Source: Hypanus sabinus
Taxonomy: Eukaryota
NCBI RefSeq assembly: GCF_030144855.1
Contig: NC_082715.1
Span: forward strand, 146,506,001-146,570,000
DNA length: 64,000 nt
Reading direction: 5' to 3'
Position numbers and translations under genes: made by a program. How positions within the stretch are numbered: the stretch's first letter is position 1; the number at the start of each line of letters is the position of its first letter. The notes under the pieces were generated by a model. The model was not told where the DNA came from. It was given only the letters and a program-made list of their open reading frames with translations, and did no database searches. Shown here piece after piece: positions 48,778 through 62,850 of this stretch.

Positions 48778-49696
48778 TGCCATAAGTCGAGTGTTGAATC
48801 AGGACCCAACAGCAGGACACAGACACTGGAGTCCCAGAAACAGGACAAGACGGAACCTAAGGACGGGACGGGATGCAGTCTACGAGGAGGAAGCAGGACC
48901 AGGACGAGGGACTGAGAACAAGGAACCTGGGGCGGACTCCGAGCCTGAGACTGGACAAGGACCCAGACAAGGACGAGGACGTGACAAGGCTTGGCCAGAG
49001 ACTTGGGTTATGAGGCTTGGCTAGGGGCTTGAGACTTGGGTCGAGGCTTGAGGCTAGAGGCTGCAGGCTTTGGTCGAGGCTTGAGGCTGGAGGCTGCAGG
49101 CTTGGAGCTTGGGAAACTCGGAGGATGGAGCTAGGGGCAGACGAGGAACAGTAGGTCAACATGGAGCCGGGACTTATCCTCCGACAAGCCGGGACTCATC
49201 TTTAACAGGACACTGACATGAGACGGGACAGTATACAGACGTAGAGCCGGGACTTCTCCTCCGACAAGCCGGGACTCATCTATAACTCCACACCAAGTTG
49301 GGGCAGGACCATCCGTCGAATAACGGCAGAACGGCCTGAACTACCCGACGGAGGCAAAGACAAGAGAGATTCCCCCCACAAGTGCAATGGCAGAAACGAT
49401 TGACTTACCCCACGGAGGACGAGGACAAGACAGATCCTCCCGCAGGGCAACGGCACAACGCCCGGACTTACCCCACGGGGGCGAGTACAGGAAAAGGCAA
49501 ACACCAAGGAACGACAGACAGTTTCACCTCTGCATCGGGGTAGCTCCGAGTAGCCGTTACGGCCGGCAGCCTTGGCTGGCTACGGAAGCAACCGGATCCC
49601 GACCTAGCTCGGAGTGGCTGACGGCCACCCAGCTGGCCCGGGAAACAGTTATATCCGTACCGCAATGAGCGCTCCGACTACTTCCGGCAAAGCTCC
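48778..49696. mobile_element. Inverted, truncated copy of the 42732-43746 LTR-like family
   Basis: Reverse complement matches about 43000-43746 (GCAGGACACAGACACTG, CTTACCCCACG, GCTCCGACTAC blocks); the other terminus is missing. Confidence 0.7.
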
Positions 49697-52600
49697 CATT
49701 CTACATTATGCTCCAATATAGTAGAATTGGAGCATATTATTAAGCAATTAAACTAACGTTTTAATTAAAATTATTTCCTGAAGCAGATCGATTCATAACT
49801 AGTTAAGATAATAAATTAAAATAAACCACATTTAAACGTTTATCCTTCTCTTTATACAACTTATCTTTTCCCTACACCCCACAAACAATGGTGTCTCCAA
49901 TATTTTCAAGGGGTGAACTGGGCCCCAAGATACAAGTCACATTCTACAGTGTAAAGCTGGATGATATCCTATTGGTTCTGCTCCAGGTGCGTGCAGCGCA
50001 GTATTTGATAGTCCAACGAAAATTGACCGATTTGCGAATAGTTTTCAATAAATCGTTCTCAAAGCTTGAAAATGCGCACTTTGCAAAGTATTACCAATTC
50101 CGTGTCTTCCAAAAAGTTCTAATCAAAACATGAAATGCTGAACAATTCAGACAGTTTTCCGTATAACTGTTAATATTTTAGTTGAATGCGTAAATGGTTT
50201 AACTATAGAGAATAGAGTGGGTAGGGAGAGCAAAGCAAATGTTCCCAATGTGATGGCGACCAAGAGAGAATGAATGGTATATCACATCAAGAGAAAGGTG
50301 GTCAGTCCCATTTATTTAGAGATACAGCGTGGAACCAGGCCCTTGAGCCCAGCAGCCTGCCTATTTTTAACACTAGCCTATTCACAGGACAATTCACAAT
50401 TACCAATTAACCTGCTAACAGGAATGTCTGTTGATTGCGGAATGAAATCAGAGCACCCGCAGGAAACCCACGTGGTTCTCGGGGAGAACAAACAAACTCT
50501 TCACAGACGGCGCCAGAAATGAGCTACAAACTGAAAAACCTGGGAGTTGTAGCGAGCCGCTACGCTAACCTGGCGCCCAAAGGACATGGGCAAGGAGAGG
50601 TAGAAGTGCATGCAAAACTTAGATTAAAGTTAAAATATATAATTAGGAAATCCACCGTGGATCTTTCTCAAGATGAACATACACCCTCGTTGTGCAAATA
50701 CTGTTAAGACAAAGAATCTGTCGTGGGTTTCGCGCTGCTACTATCGGGGAGAAGGTAGCACTTCCTCAGGACTTGGAACACCGAGCTCAAGAACTGTTAC
50801 TATCCCTCAGTCATCAGGTTTCCTGCACGTTAGTTGATAACTACATTTCTTTAAGGACTCTTTTTTCTTTATATTCCATGCTCGATATTTCTTGCTATTA
50901 TTTATTATCTGCATTTGCCAGTTTGTTTAAAGTTTGTAGTTCCTGCTGTTTACAGTTTACAGATCCTGTAAACTGCTGCTGTTCTAAAGATTTGCGAAAG
51001 ATGGGCACAGAAAAAGAATCTCAGGGTTGTATATGGGGACAGGAATGTACTCTGAAAATACACTTTACTTTGAACCTTTTACTTTTGAAATTTATGACTG
51101 TCTGAGCCCTACCATTCCTTTACCGAAAGGCTGCAACTTACATTATGACCTGAAGACATTTCCATTATGTCTGTATTGTTTCAAATCGATTCCAATCAAG
51201 GAATAGATGAGCCAGACGGTTCTCCGAAAACATTAGTAGACCAAAGGTTGCGTTTCAAAATCTGTATACCACGAACTGATTCAACCTCTCCCTGTTTTCA
51301 AACTGACCTGACAACTCATCTTTCTGACCTGGAACAGAGAGGTATTTCTACATCACAACGAGCACGACTTATACATTTATAATGCTCAACTTCCACCTTC
51401 CTCTTAAAATTGATAAATGCCATCTCTGTTTTTGTCGCTTATAGGCTACAGTTACGAATGTTTTCGATTACTACACATCGATTATCACCAATATTCTCAG
51501 GCGGATTAGTAATTCCTCACCAAATGCCTCATCTAACTCTACATACATGCAGTGAAATGTCTCTGCAAATGCCTGGAGCTGTCAATATGGATGAATATCT
51601 GTAATCTGAATATCATGAACAATTCGCACCAGGCTGTGCGTTCGGGAATCAGATCCTTTGTCTGCAATTCCTTGGCCAAATCCCTTATTACTCACTTCAA
51701 TTGACGATCTTCAGTACCAGTGTCTGACACGATTGTTGTCATCCTTCCCTATAAAACGTAATGTACTGGCTATAACATCAGCAACAAACGTATAAGTATA
51801 ATAGTTAAAGACTATGCGCACACTATGTGGCAATATGGAAGCTAGGTTAAATAGCTTGCCACAATTTCTATATGTAACTATGTCCGATAAAAAGAAATTG
51901 AATGTTGAAAAAACAGAAAATTTTTAATACAACCGAAGGGGACATACGTAACTCGTGAATTATAAGTAAAAATCTCGTGGAACCGTAAATTGCAACACAG
52001 TTAGAAATCCCGAGAAGTATACTCCACCGACCGCGATTTGTAGGCCACAGACAAAATGCTGTCTGGTGTGATGAAACTTGGTAGTACTTTCTCGACAAGC
52101 CATAGGACATAAGATAAAGGTGCAAAATAAAGTCATTTGGTCTATCGACTCTGTTCTGTAAATTCAAACATGTGTGACTTTTTAAAATCAATTCTCCCAA
52201 CTTCTCCCCGAAACCCTTAAACCTTTACCAATAAAGTATCTATTATCTTTGCCCTAAGTACTCCCATTAACGAGGACTGAAATTACCACACTGACTGAGT
52301 AAATTCCTCCTCACTCCGGTTCAAAGGACCTTCCTTTGTTCTGAGGCTATGTCTTTGCATACGAGACACCCTACTAATGGAAACATCAGCACGTCCATTC
52401 CAGCTAGGCCTTACACTCTCCCATACGTTTCATTGAGATCTCCCCTCATTGAATACAGGCAGAGAGACAACAAACTTGTCTCATACGCTAAGTCTTCCAT
52501 TTTTGAGATTGAATGCCCCCTCCTTTTGTGCGCTAATTTTTCTATAGTTGAGCATTAATTCTTCCTCTTGGTGATGATTAGATAAATGTTTAAAAATTGG

Positions 52601-53429
52601 CCAATTTAAACATTTCCAAATGTTTTTGCAAGCACTGTACTTCTTGAAGAAGGGTCTCAGTTCGAAATGTGGACTATCTGTAGATCTCCATAAATAATGT
52701 CTGAACTGCTGTTTTCTTCCAGCATTTTGTTTATGTGTTGCTTTGGATTTCCACATCTGCAGAATTTGTCATGTTTATGATTTCCTCCTGGATATTAATG
52801 CATTTAGGGTGATTATTTTCGGCCAGACCAAAACTGTTGGAGGAATCAACGGAGTCGCCATAACTCTCCATACTGTTTTACCACTATTTCACTATTTGGT
52901 TCCTACGTGTCACTCGGATTCCGCTGATAACTGCATAACCATTCAAGCTGTGCTGAACTTTCAGAATAAACCATAAGGAGTTCAGGTTTGGAGAAGACAC
53001 TGGTTTTCTAGAGACATTGAAATCCTAGTTAAGACGAAGGAAGTTCACAGCAGCTACAGGTAGCAAAGAACAAATGAAGTACCTGAGGAGTCGAAGAAAT
53101 GTACTTCTAAGGGGTACAATATTACAGTTAAGAATGAAATTTTGAGGGCTAATAGAAGGCATGAGGTTGCTCTAGCAAACAAACCAAAAGGAAATCCCCA
53201 GATCTTTTACATGTATATTATGAGTAAAAGGATACCAAGTGACTAATTGGTACTCTTTCCGATGAGAGTGGCCATGCAGCCAAAAGAGTTTCGGGAGATC
53301 ACGAGTGGATTTTTAATGCCTGTATTTTCTCGGGAGATGGACAGCAAAACAGCGAGGCAAAACAGCAGTGTGTTCATGAAGGTAAGAGGATTACAGAGGA
53401 GGAAAGGCTTACTCTTTTGAGGCAGCTTA

Positions 53430-55020
53430 GAAACAGAGAAAACCTACAACGCAATGCAGGCCCTTCGGCCCACAAAGTTGTGCCAAACCTGTTCCTTAGA
53501 AATTACCTCAGAAATTACTAGGCTTACCCATAGCCCTCTAATTCACTAAGCTCCATGTACCTATCTAAAAGTCTCTTAAAAGACCTTATAGTATCCTCCT
53601 CCACCACCGTTGTCGGCAGCCCATTCCACACACTCACCACTCTCCGAGTAAAAAACTTACCCCTGACATCTCCTCTGTACCTACTCCCCAGCACCTTAAA
53701 CCTGTGTCCTCTTGTGGCAACCATTTCGGCCCTGGGAAAAAGCCTCTGACTATCCACACGATCAATGCCTTTCATCATCTCACACACCTCTATTGGTCAC
53801 CTCTCATCCTCCGTCGCTCCAAGGAGAACAGGCCAAGTTCAATCAACGTATTAGACAATAGACAATAGGTGCAGAAGTAGACCATTCGGCCCTTCGAGCC
53901 TGCACCGCCATTTTGAGATCATGGCTGATCATTTACTATCAATACCCGGTTCCTGCCTTGTCCCCATATCCCTTGATTCCCTTATCCATACGATACCTAT
54001 CTAGCTCCTTCTTGAAAGCATCCAGGGAAATGGCCTCCACTACCTTCCGAGACAGTGCATTCCAGACCCCCACAACTCTCTGGGAGAAGAATTTTTTCCT
54101 TAACTCTATCCTAAATGACTTACCCCTTATTCTCAAACCATGTCCTCTGGTACTGGACTCTCCCAACATCTGGAACATATTTCCTGCCTCTATCTTGTCC
54201 AATCTCTTAATAATCTTATATGTTTCAATCAGATCCCCTCTCAATCTCATAATTCTCGTAAGGCATGCTCCCCAATCCAGGCAACTTCCTTGTAAGTATC
54301 CTCTGCACCCTTTCTATGGCTTCTGCATCTTTCCTGTACTGAGGCGACCAGAACTGAGCACGGTACTCCAAGTGGGGTCTGACCAGGGTCCTATCTCGCT
54401 GCAACATTACCTCTCGGCTCTTACATTCAATTTCACGATTGATGAAGGCCAACACACCATACGCCTTCTTAACCACAGAGTCAACCTGCGCAGCTGCTTT
54501 GAGTGTCCTATGGATGTGGACCCGATGAACCCTCTGATCCTCCACACTGCTAAGTGTCTGGCCATTAATACTAAACTGTGCCATCATATTTGACCTACCA
54601 AAATGAACCACTTCACACTTACCTGGGTTGAACTCCGTCTGCCACTTCTCAACCCAGTTTTGCATCCTATCAATATCCTGCTGCACTTCTGACAGCCACA
54701 ACACCTCCAACCTTTGTGTCGTCAGCAGACTCACTAACCCATCCCTCCACTTCCTCATCCAAGTCATCTACAAAGACCACGTAGAGTAAGGGTCCCAGAA
54801 CAGATCACTGAGGCACTCCACTGGTGACCGACCTTCATGCAGAATATGACCCGTCGACAACCACTCTTTGCCTTCTGTGAGCAAGCCAGTTCTGGATTCA
54901 CTAAGCAATGTCCCCTTGGATCCCATGCCTCCTTAGGTTCTCAATAAGCCTTACATGGGATACCTTATCAAATGCCTTGCTGAAATCCATATACACTACA
55001 TCTACTACACTCATCAATGT
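53430..55020 (-). mobile_element. Nested CR1 fragments (one inserted in another)
   Basis: ORFs 54225-54767 and 53524-53787 of one subfamily are split by a different CR1 3' end (about 53850-54250, ACAATAG tail). Confidence 0.8.
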
Positions 55021-57290
55021 GTTTAGGCTAGGACGGACATTCCCCCAGGGGCTGAAAAAGTGCTCTCGGACCTTGTGGGAGACTAGTGCAGAAATTGCAG
55101 GGCACCTAACAAATATACTTAAAAGGTCCTTAGCTTCAGATGAGGGGCTGGAGGATGGGAGGATAAACAGTGTTGTTCTGTTGTTCAAGAAACGCTCCAA
55201 CAGTAGGATTGGCAATTACAGGCCGATGAGCCTGACGTTAGTAGAGGGTAGGTTATCGTCAGCGATTCTAAGGGATCAGATATAAAGGCATTTGGAGAAA
55301 AACAGAGACTAATTAGGAATAGTCAACATGGATTTGTGCGTGGTTGGTCATTTCTAATCAATCTTATAATTTTTTTTCAGAATGTTAACAAGAAGGAAAA
55401 ACTGTGGATATTGCCTAGATGAACAATAGCGAGGCCTATGTCTAGGCCATGTATGGGAGGTTGTCATGAAGGTTTAAGTCGTTTGGCATTCAGTATAAGG
55501 TAGTAATCTGGATTAGACATTGGCTTCACGGGGACAGCCAGAGAGTGGAAGTAGATGTTCGGCTCTCTGACTGGACGCCTGTGACCAGTAGTATACCTCA
55601 GGGATGGATGTTATGTACGTTGTTGTTTGTCAATGATCCGAATGATAATGTGGTAAACTGGATCGTCATACGCTATTTTTGGATTTCACGAAGATTGGGA
55701 ATGTCGTGAATTGCCAGTAAGGTCATTGAAGCTTGTAGTGGGATCTGGAGCCGTTGGGAAAATATGCTGAAAAAGGCAGATGTGAGGCGTTGCGCTTTGG
55801 GACGACAACCCAAGGTAAGACTTACACAATGAGCAACAAGGCATTGAAGAGTGCGGTAGAACAGAAGAGATAAAGATTCATAATTTCATCCATAATGTTA
55901 TATTGAAGTTGTATAATACGCTGGCAAAGCCGAATCTGGAGTATTATATACAGTTTTAGTCACCTGCCCACAGGAATGATATCAATAGATTGAAGGAGAA
56001 CCGAGAAAATTTATAAGGATGTAGCTGGTATAGGGAAAGGTTGAATAAGTTAAGGTTTCATTCCCTGGAGCAAAGTCGAATGTGTGGCAATTTTATGGAG
56101 GTATAAAAAACTATGAGAGGTACGATAGGGCAAATGAAAGCTAACCTTTTCCACTAACGATGGGTGAAACTAGAACTAGAGATCGTGAGTTAAGGGTGAA
56201 CGATGAAAAGTTTCTACTTCTATATGTGCCAATCACTGTTTAATTTAGTTTTAAATTGTTCACCGTTACTATTTAATAAAAGAGAGACTATCCAAAATAT
56301 TTCCTAGTATAGACAACTTCTGTGTAAGGTGTAAAACTGAAGTAACTTCTTTGTCACATATGTTCTGGTCATGTTCTTCATTAAAATCTTTTGGGAAATC
56401 TTTATTTTCTACAATTTCTAAAGCTCTGTAAATTAATTTACAGCCTTGACTGATTGACTGTTCTATTTGGAATAGTTCCGCATCATATGCAGGGTATTTC
56501 ATCTTCAGATCAACATGTAATTGCATTTGTGACATTATTGGCAAGAAGGGCACCTTTATTAAAATGGAAAGATACCTCTGTCCCTACATTAAATGAATGG
56601 TTTTCTCAAGTAATGTTACGTCTCAATTTGGAAAAAATTAGAAGTAGAACTTTTGATCCCCGATTCGATTTTGAGAGCAGATTGGGGCTCTTTTGCTAAA
56701 TATTATCATTTAATTTGAATTATTTTATATTGTTTCCTTTCAATCTCATTCTATATAAACATGAATTAACGGTTGATAATTCTTTTATATATATATATAG
56801 ATGATGGTAAGACTTGCTCTGGGGGGTTGATTCCTAATGTTTTTTTTTTCCTTTTTTTGTAGTCAGTGGGTCTTTTTCAGTTAGTTAGGGTTTTTTTTAT
56901 TTTCCTTTTTTTCTTTATATATAACTTTTTTCATTTTTATATATTACTATCAGATTTTATTCTCTTCAGTTTTAGTAATTGTATACATATCAATTTGTTG
57001 AAGCTTTATATCATTTTATAGCTGTGGAAGATTATGTACCAATAAAAAGATTCAAAAAATATAAAATGGAACATGCGGAGAAAGTCTTTACTCGGTGGCT
57101 GGCGCGAGTGTGGAACGAGCTGCCCGCGAAAGGGTTGGGTGTAGGTTCGATTTCAACATTCAAGGGAAATTTGGATAGCTACATGGATGGGAGCGGTATG
57201 GAGAACAGTGGTCTGGTGATACGGCAGCGTAATATTTGAGCACAGTCTAGATTGGTCGAAGAGAGTGTTTCTGTACAGTAGTGTTCTATA
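55020..57290 (+). mobile_element. Degenerate CR1 interrupted by an L1-like 3' fragment (about 56210-57067)
   Basis: L1 motif LLARRAPLLKWKD...LNLEKIR and an A-rich tail at about 57040-57067; CR1 resumes with TCTTTACTCGG as at about 23113. Confidence 0.7.
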
Positions 57291-58159
57291 TCCGTGCCTA
57301 TACATCGTGCATGCTTGAAAGCACTAGCAGTTCTAGTTCCAATTTGTCCTCAGATGTGAATAAACAGTTTATGCACTTCACTGGAATTGCAAACGAAGAA
57401 CCCGCGAACGATGGTTATCTTTTTAAATCTTCTGGGGCAAAGTATATTAATTTGTCCCATCGGTTTAAATGAAATTAAAATTGTGATTTTTTTAAAACTC
57501 CAATGCAAAATGACCATCGCCTGTATACTTTTGACCAAGTTGTAGCTGGGGACGTACGAAGGAATGACAATAGGAGCAGGTGCTCCAGATCTCCAGTTTC
57601 CGGTCTCCTGTCACGTCCCAATCCCTTGAATCACTTAAAGATCTTGTGATCTCAATCAACTTTCAATCAACAATCGCATCAACAAACTTCTAAAAAAAGC
57701 AAAGATTAAAGTTGCGTCGAGAGAAGAATATTATCTCTTTTAGTCCCGAATACTCAAACCGATTATCTAATATTGCAACCTTTAGCTCTCAAGAAAAAAT
57801 AAGCAGGAACGGTCTCGGCATCTGCCTAGGCCACAAAGAGTTTTATATATTTCAATGCCATCGCCTGTATTTCATCTAAATGCAGTAGAATATATGTCCT
57901 ATAGATTAAATCACTTAAACAAATTCTGCTGCGCTTCTTACAAACTGAGGCGTGTACAACCTCCATAAGGCAAGGGAATCAGAAGTATATGTAATACTCA
58001 AGGTGACGCGCCAACATTGTGGCAACAACAAGACTTAAGTATAATGTCCCTTCCCAACCATTTCACGGCGTATATATGTGTCAATCGTCCTCAGTTAAAT
58101 GAGTTTCCCATGACGCAACATAATGTGTTTGTCTTTGCATGTGTGTGCGCTTATATAGA

Positions 58160-58822
58160 GCATAGAACCATAGAATATTACAGCACAGAAAAAAGCCTTT
58201 TGTCCATTTTTGGCTGTGCTGAACTATTTTTCTGCCTAGTCCCACTGGCCAGCAACTAACCCATATCCCTCCATACACCTCTTATCATGTACCTTTCTCA
58301 GTTTTTCTTAAATGTTGAAAGTGAGCCTGCATTTATCACTTCATCTCATTCCACACTCCCACCACTCTCAGTGTGCAGAAGAATCCCCCATGTTCCCTTT
58401 AAACTTTTTCCCTTCACCCTCAACCCATGCCCTCAGGTGTTTTTTTCTCCTCTAGCCTCAGTGGAAAAAGCCTGCTTGCATTAAATCTATCGATACCTAT
58501 CATAATTTTATATACCTCTATCAAGTCTCCCCTCATTCTTCTACGCTCCAGGGAATAAAGTCCTAACCTATTCAACCTCTCTCTGTAACTCAGTTGCTCA
58601 AGTCCAGGCAACATCCTCGTAAACCTTCTGTGCACTCTTTCAACCTAATTAATATCCTTCCTGTAATTCGGTGACCAAAACTGCACACAATACTCCAAAT
58701 TCGGCATCACCAATGCCTTATAAAAGCTCACCATAACATTCCAATTCTTATACTCAATACTTTGATTTATAAAGGCCAATGTACCAAAAGCTCTCTTTAC
58801 TACCCTATATACCTGTAACGCC
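58160..58822 (-). mobile_element. CR1 3' fragment inserted downstream of cluster C constant exon
   Basis: ORFs 58645-58842 and 58420-58635; removing it restores GCGCTTA(C/T)ATGTGGGTGCG seen at about 8745. Confidence 0.85.
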
Positions 58823-59308
58823 AATATATGTGGGTGCGCCATCTAATGGCTACACAAGTTTTTTTTCCAATAATATCACGCACGTTTCACTGCTGTATTT
58901 TATGCATCAAGGCAATATCATTAACGAAATATTTAAATTATATTTTTAGTTTATTCTGCACTCGAAATAAAAGCCATGAAAACATACTGTAAATCAGACT
59001 TGATCGTTAATGTTACTGGATATTTGTGCTCGAAATCGTCATCAGTAGGCGAGCATCAAGACTGCAATCTTCAGACCACGGTCGTTTGATGAACATTTGG
59101 GGATGCATTTACCTGAGATTAATTAACATTGGAGTTTCAATTAACAATGATACCGATTTAATAGAAACACATTTAAGACTGACAAAATTTAAATGATGAC
59201 TCCGACCGCAAATACTTATCTACAAAAGAATAATGTTTCAAAATCATTTTAATGAAGAAAAAGACGGGAAAATAAGTTTTTCATTTTGGCTAAGTGTTAA
59301 ATATAGTT

Positions 59309-59631
59309 TTAGATACAGCCGGATCTCGCGATCGTTTCTTCAAAAGGGTTTACTTGACTCTCGTGTGTAACCACACAGGAGTAACGCTCGTGTGAGTTCC
59401 ATTCTGAGGTTGGCAGAGTCAGGTAACTGCTCGCACTGAACGTGTTGTCCGTTTCTTGCTGGACAGGGCTCGTCTCCACGCCATCCCTTCTCGCACGACC
59501 GTCTAGGGTCCATTCAATGTCCACTGCGCCGGGATTAAAACGGCTCACCAAACACACCAGCGTCGCTGTGCCTTTTCCCGTGATTTCTTCCAGGGAAGGC
59601 CGGAGAATGGAGACGGCCGGAGCCCGAGGAT
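59309..59631 (-). CDS. IGLC: Cluster C constant exon
   Basis: Acceptor ACACAG|AT; (N)PRAPAVSILRPSLEEITGKGTATLVC..IEW..YSCVVTHES..ARSGCI stop; 323 nt, same as cluster A. Confidence 0.95.
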
Positions 59632-62215
59632 CTGTGTAAAATAAGGTCCAGTTTAGTATGGGTTCAGAAACTGTTTGTTGAAAGTGCATTTTGTATTGCA
59701 TTTATCCATTCATTTTAATGAATTAATATTTTTTTTCCGTTTTCCCGTTCCAATCAGTTAAATTGGACGTGAAAAAATTACCAGCTGAAATCTCCCGTGA
59801 ATAATTGCTCTTTGTGAGACTTGGGCATAATGTGTGCAGTGGCATAAAAATGAATGATTTTGGTAATGGGTTTAATCAGTCTCTAATCCGATTCAGGTTG
59901 AATAAAAATCCGAGATTATACCTGACTACTAATTATGACTTCCATTGGCTACTAAGCCTCCGCCGTCCCTACTTCTACCTAAGACATCTTCACTTGATTC
60001 AACTGTTCAGTCATCAAGACAAGAGACAGAAGTCTATTCATGTTTTGCTTAAAATCAGGGATTAGTACAATGGTTCTCAACTTTTTTTATGCCATGATGG
60101 ATCTATAGACCCAGGTTGGGAACCCCGGGATAGGGATATTTTATGCATTTAAGCCACCGGAAATCAGAGTTCCTTCTGAGGCAACATTACATTTATAGAC
60201 TGCTTGTATTTTAAATTACTTTAGGAAAGTTTAGCAATAATGTTGAAACTTACACGTTTTGTTTCTGAGATATTATTTTATCCCACTTGAAGTAAATAAT
60301 TCAAATCTGGTTTGCGGAGTGCAGGCGGATTTTCCACCTTGCACTCACAGCTGAGAAAACCAGTTTCTTACGATGTTCACGGCCGATGTGGCAAAAAGAG
60401 AGAATAACCCCCTTTTTATCTGATATGGTTCAGAACTACGGCTCACAGTTCACTTTCGTATTTTTATGTTACTTATCGTGTAAAGCTGAAGCACTCGCTG
60501 TTCCGTGATTGCATTTTTGGTGCAATGAAAAATGTAATGACGGCATCACTAACTTACTGCCCCTTATTCACCCGTTGTTTAGGGCAGCAATGGAAGTCCT
60601 CAATCTGCCTGCAAAACCCGCCGCACACAGATATAGAATGATACTTCATTGTTGTTTCCGTAACAAACTTTGATCAGTCAGGGTTGAGAGCACTGAACGG
60701 AACCCCCGATTTTGGTTTGCCGATGGACCACTCATAGTGTGGCCTCTACCCTTTGACCTGTTGCACATGGTTGACCCCACCCAGAGCTAAAGCACAAGGC
60801 CTTGAATCTAGGGAATATAGCTCTGCGGGTCATTTAGCCACGCATGTCTCCGAATACTATAATAAAGTTGTTGGAGGTTTACTTCCATACGGCGACTCAA
60901 ATGCATCATGTTTTTAAACTGGAAAAGATTTTCAATGTTAAAATTGATAGAAAAGACTGTCTGCTACTTTTGGGCACGTTAGCGTTCCAAAGTAAGAGAG
61001 AAATAATATCATCAGCTGAAAACATAAGATACTAAATGGCGTCTGCTGATAAGATTGAGACGTTCCATTCTAATATTTACGTGTTTCTCTTCGAAGCCCG
61101 TTATGGTCTTATATGGCGCGGGTGTTTCGGAATTCATTCAAGTTCAAATTGAATTCTATACAGCAAATCACTAGAGGAATATTTGAAAATCCCTTGGCAG
61201 CAAGTAATACAAATATTTAACTGTTCAAACTGGCGTGAAAAGATTTAAATATTTTATTTAAATATAAAATTGGACAATGATTAAACTTATTCTTCTCAGT
61301 GTCATCTGAAAACTCTCCCTAGAAATGATGGACTAATAAATGCCGTGTTGTTTGCATTCTGTTTTGTTTTATTTTTTCCCCGGGCAATTAACGAATTCCC
61401 ATTCACTGCAGTATATATCCTTACCCATGTGTCAGGTGGAAAATATAATACCAGGTCTGTTGTTTTTAGGAAAATGTAAATAGACACAAAAATACCTTGC
61501 GAGGGTCTCGAACCCTCTGCAAACAGGACTCAAATTGTGTTAGTCTTTCTCAATTACACCTTCCCTCGCGACACCAAGGACCACATCAGGGAAAATATCA
61601 TCAAATTATATGAATTGTTCCAGAAGCTTGTCATGAATAAAGGCTGTCTAAATTAGTGCTTGAAGTCTTTAGCGCGACGGACAAAAACTAGACACTATCG
61701 AGGTTTTAGCAAAGTTACAGGGTATTCGATTGGAACCAATCGCTTTGGTCATCTATTTTCCTTCATCTATGCAAGTTTCTGATTTTTAAGAATGCTCCAG
61801 GGTCCGGCCATCAGTGGCTAGCAGTTATCTTATGGGTCTGACGAGCATCAACACAATATGGTGACATCAGCAAAGGTGAATCCACCGACAAAATCATAGA
61901 TGCAATCTAAATTCGGAAATTCAGGATTATACTCATTTAAGAACGATCAGAATATTCTTAACCTGGTTTGGCTTAGTTAATTAGTTAATTTTGTATTAAA
62001 TCAATATGAATTTTAAAAGAAATTTTGGGGCATTCAGCGCGTCGAGTGCGCAAGTTCAACAAAATTGTCAATGCACAGTTAATCGTGGTTGGATATCTGA
62101 AAAACTCCGCCTTGAAAAGCATTTGTTTCGAAACCACAATTAGACGACAAAACAATTAATTATTGTTCACTTAAGTACCAGGAAGCCAAGTGAATTGATT
62201 GGATATTTTACTTAC

Positions 62216-62560
62216 TGCCAATGGCCAGCCTCGTTCCTTTGCCGAAGATGTAAACATTATTTTTCCAGACAGCACAGTAATAGTCTGCCGCATCCTCCGA
62301 CTGGACGCTCGATATTGTCAATGTTGCCGTGTTGCCGGATACTGAGCCGTCGAAACGGTTCGGGACTCCGGAGCCTCGATAAATGCTCCCCGAATAATAG
62401 TAGAACAGATACCGAGGAACTTTTCCGGGAATCTGCTGGTACCAGAAAACACTGCTACTTCCTAAAGAGGTTCCAGACAAGGTGCAGGGTATTTGGACGG
62501 TCTGCCCCGGAGATGTGGATTTCGAAGGTGGTTGATTCATTGCAACTTCCGCGTTGATAT
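62216..62560 (-). CDS. IGLV: Cluster C germline-joined V-J exon
   Basis: Open frame [39 protein letters not shown]; CAG|AT acceptor and A|GTAAGT donor; no RSS. Confidence 0.96.
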
Positions 62561-62684
62561 CTGGAAACATTCAGAGGGAAGGAAAAATGTGCCGAGATTA
62601 ATATTCGAGTAATACCAGAAGTGCGATAAAAATATCATTGAATAGTATTCGAGATTCAATGTAATATCCATAGAAAATACTCAC

Positions 62685-62733
62685 AAATTGCAGTGAACAC
62701 CAGCGTACTGACCACACGAACCCACCAAGACAT
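62685..62733 (-). CDS. IGLV: Cluster C leader exon (MSWWVRVVSTLVFTAI + 1 nt)
   Basis: ATG at 62733, 49-nt exon, T|GTGAGT donor, same protein as the cluster A leader exon. Confidence 0.93.
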
Positions 62734-62842
62734 CGTAATTAATTGAGTGAAGCTCACACAAGTTGCGGCGGTTAAGTGGCGTCTCAACTTTTCAGCTCGC
62801 TTATAAATCCTGTGACGAGCTGGCACTGCGTGTTCCCTATTT

Positions 62843-62850
62843 ATGCAAAT
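62843..62850 (-). promoter_or_regulatory. Octamer of cluster C V promoter
   Basis: Exact ATTTGCAT on minus 110 bp upstream of the ATG; TATA-like TTTATAA at about 62801-62807. Confidence 0.85.

Noticed and set aside
59632-59701. N-terminal extension MQYKMHF... of the ORF covering the C exon
   Set aside because: In-frame read-through of intron upstream of a clear splice acceptor; not conserved in cluster A.
62195-62557. Plus-strand 120-aa ORF antisense to VJ (also 12149-12337, 9367-9564, 59442-59639)
   Set aside because: Shadow ORFs of the Ig exons; truncated in the paralog and no recognisable domain.
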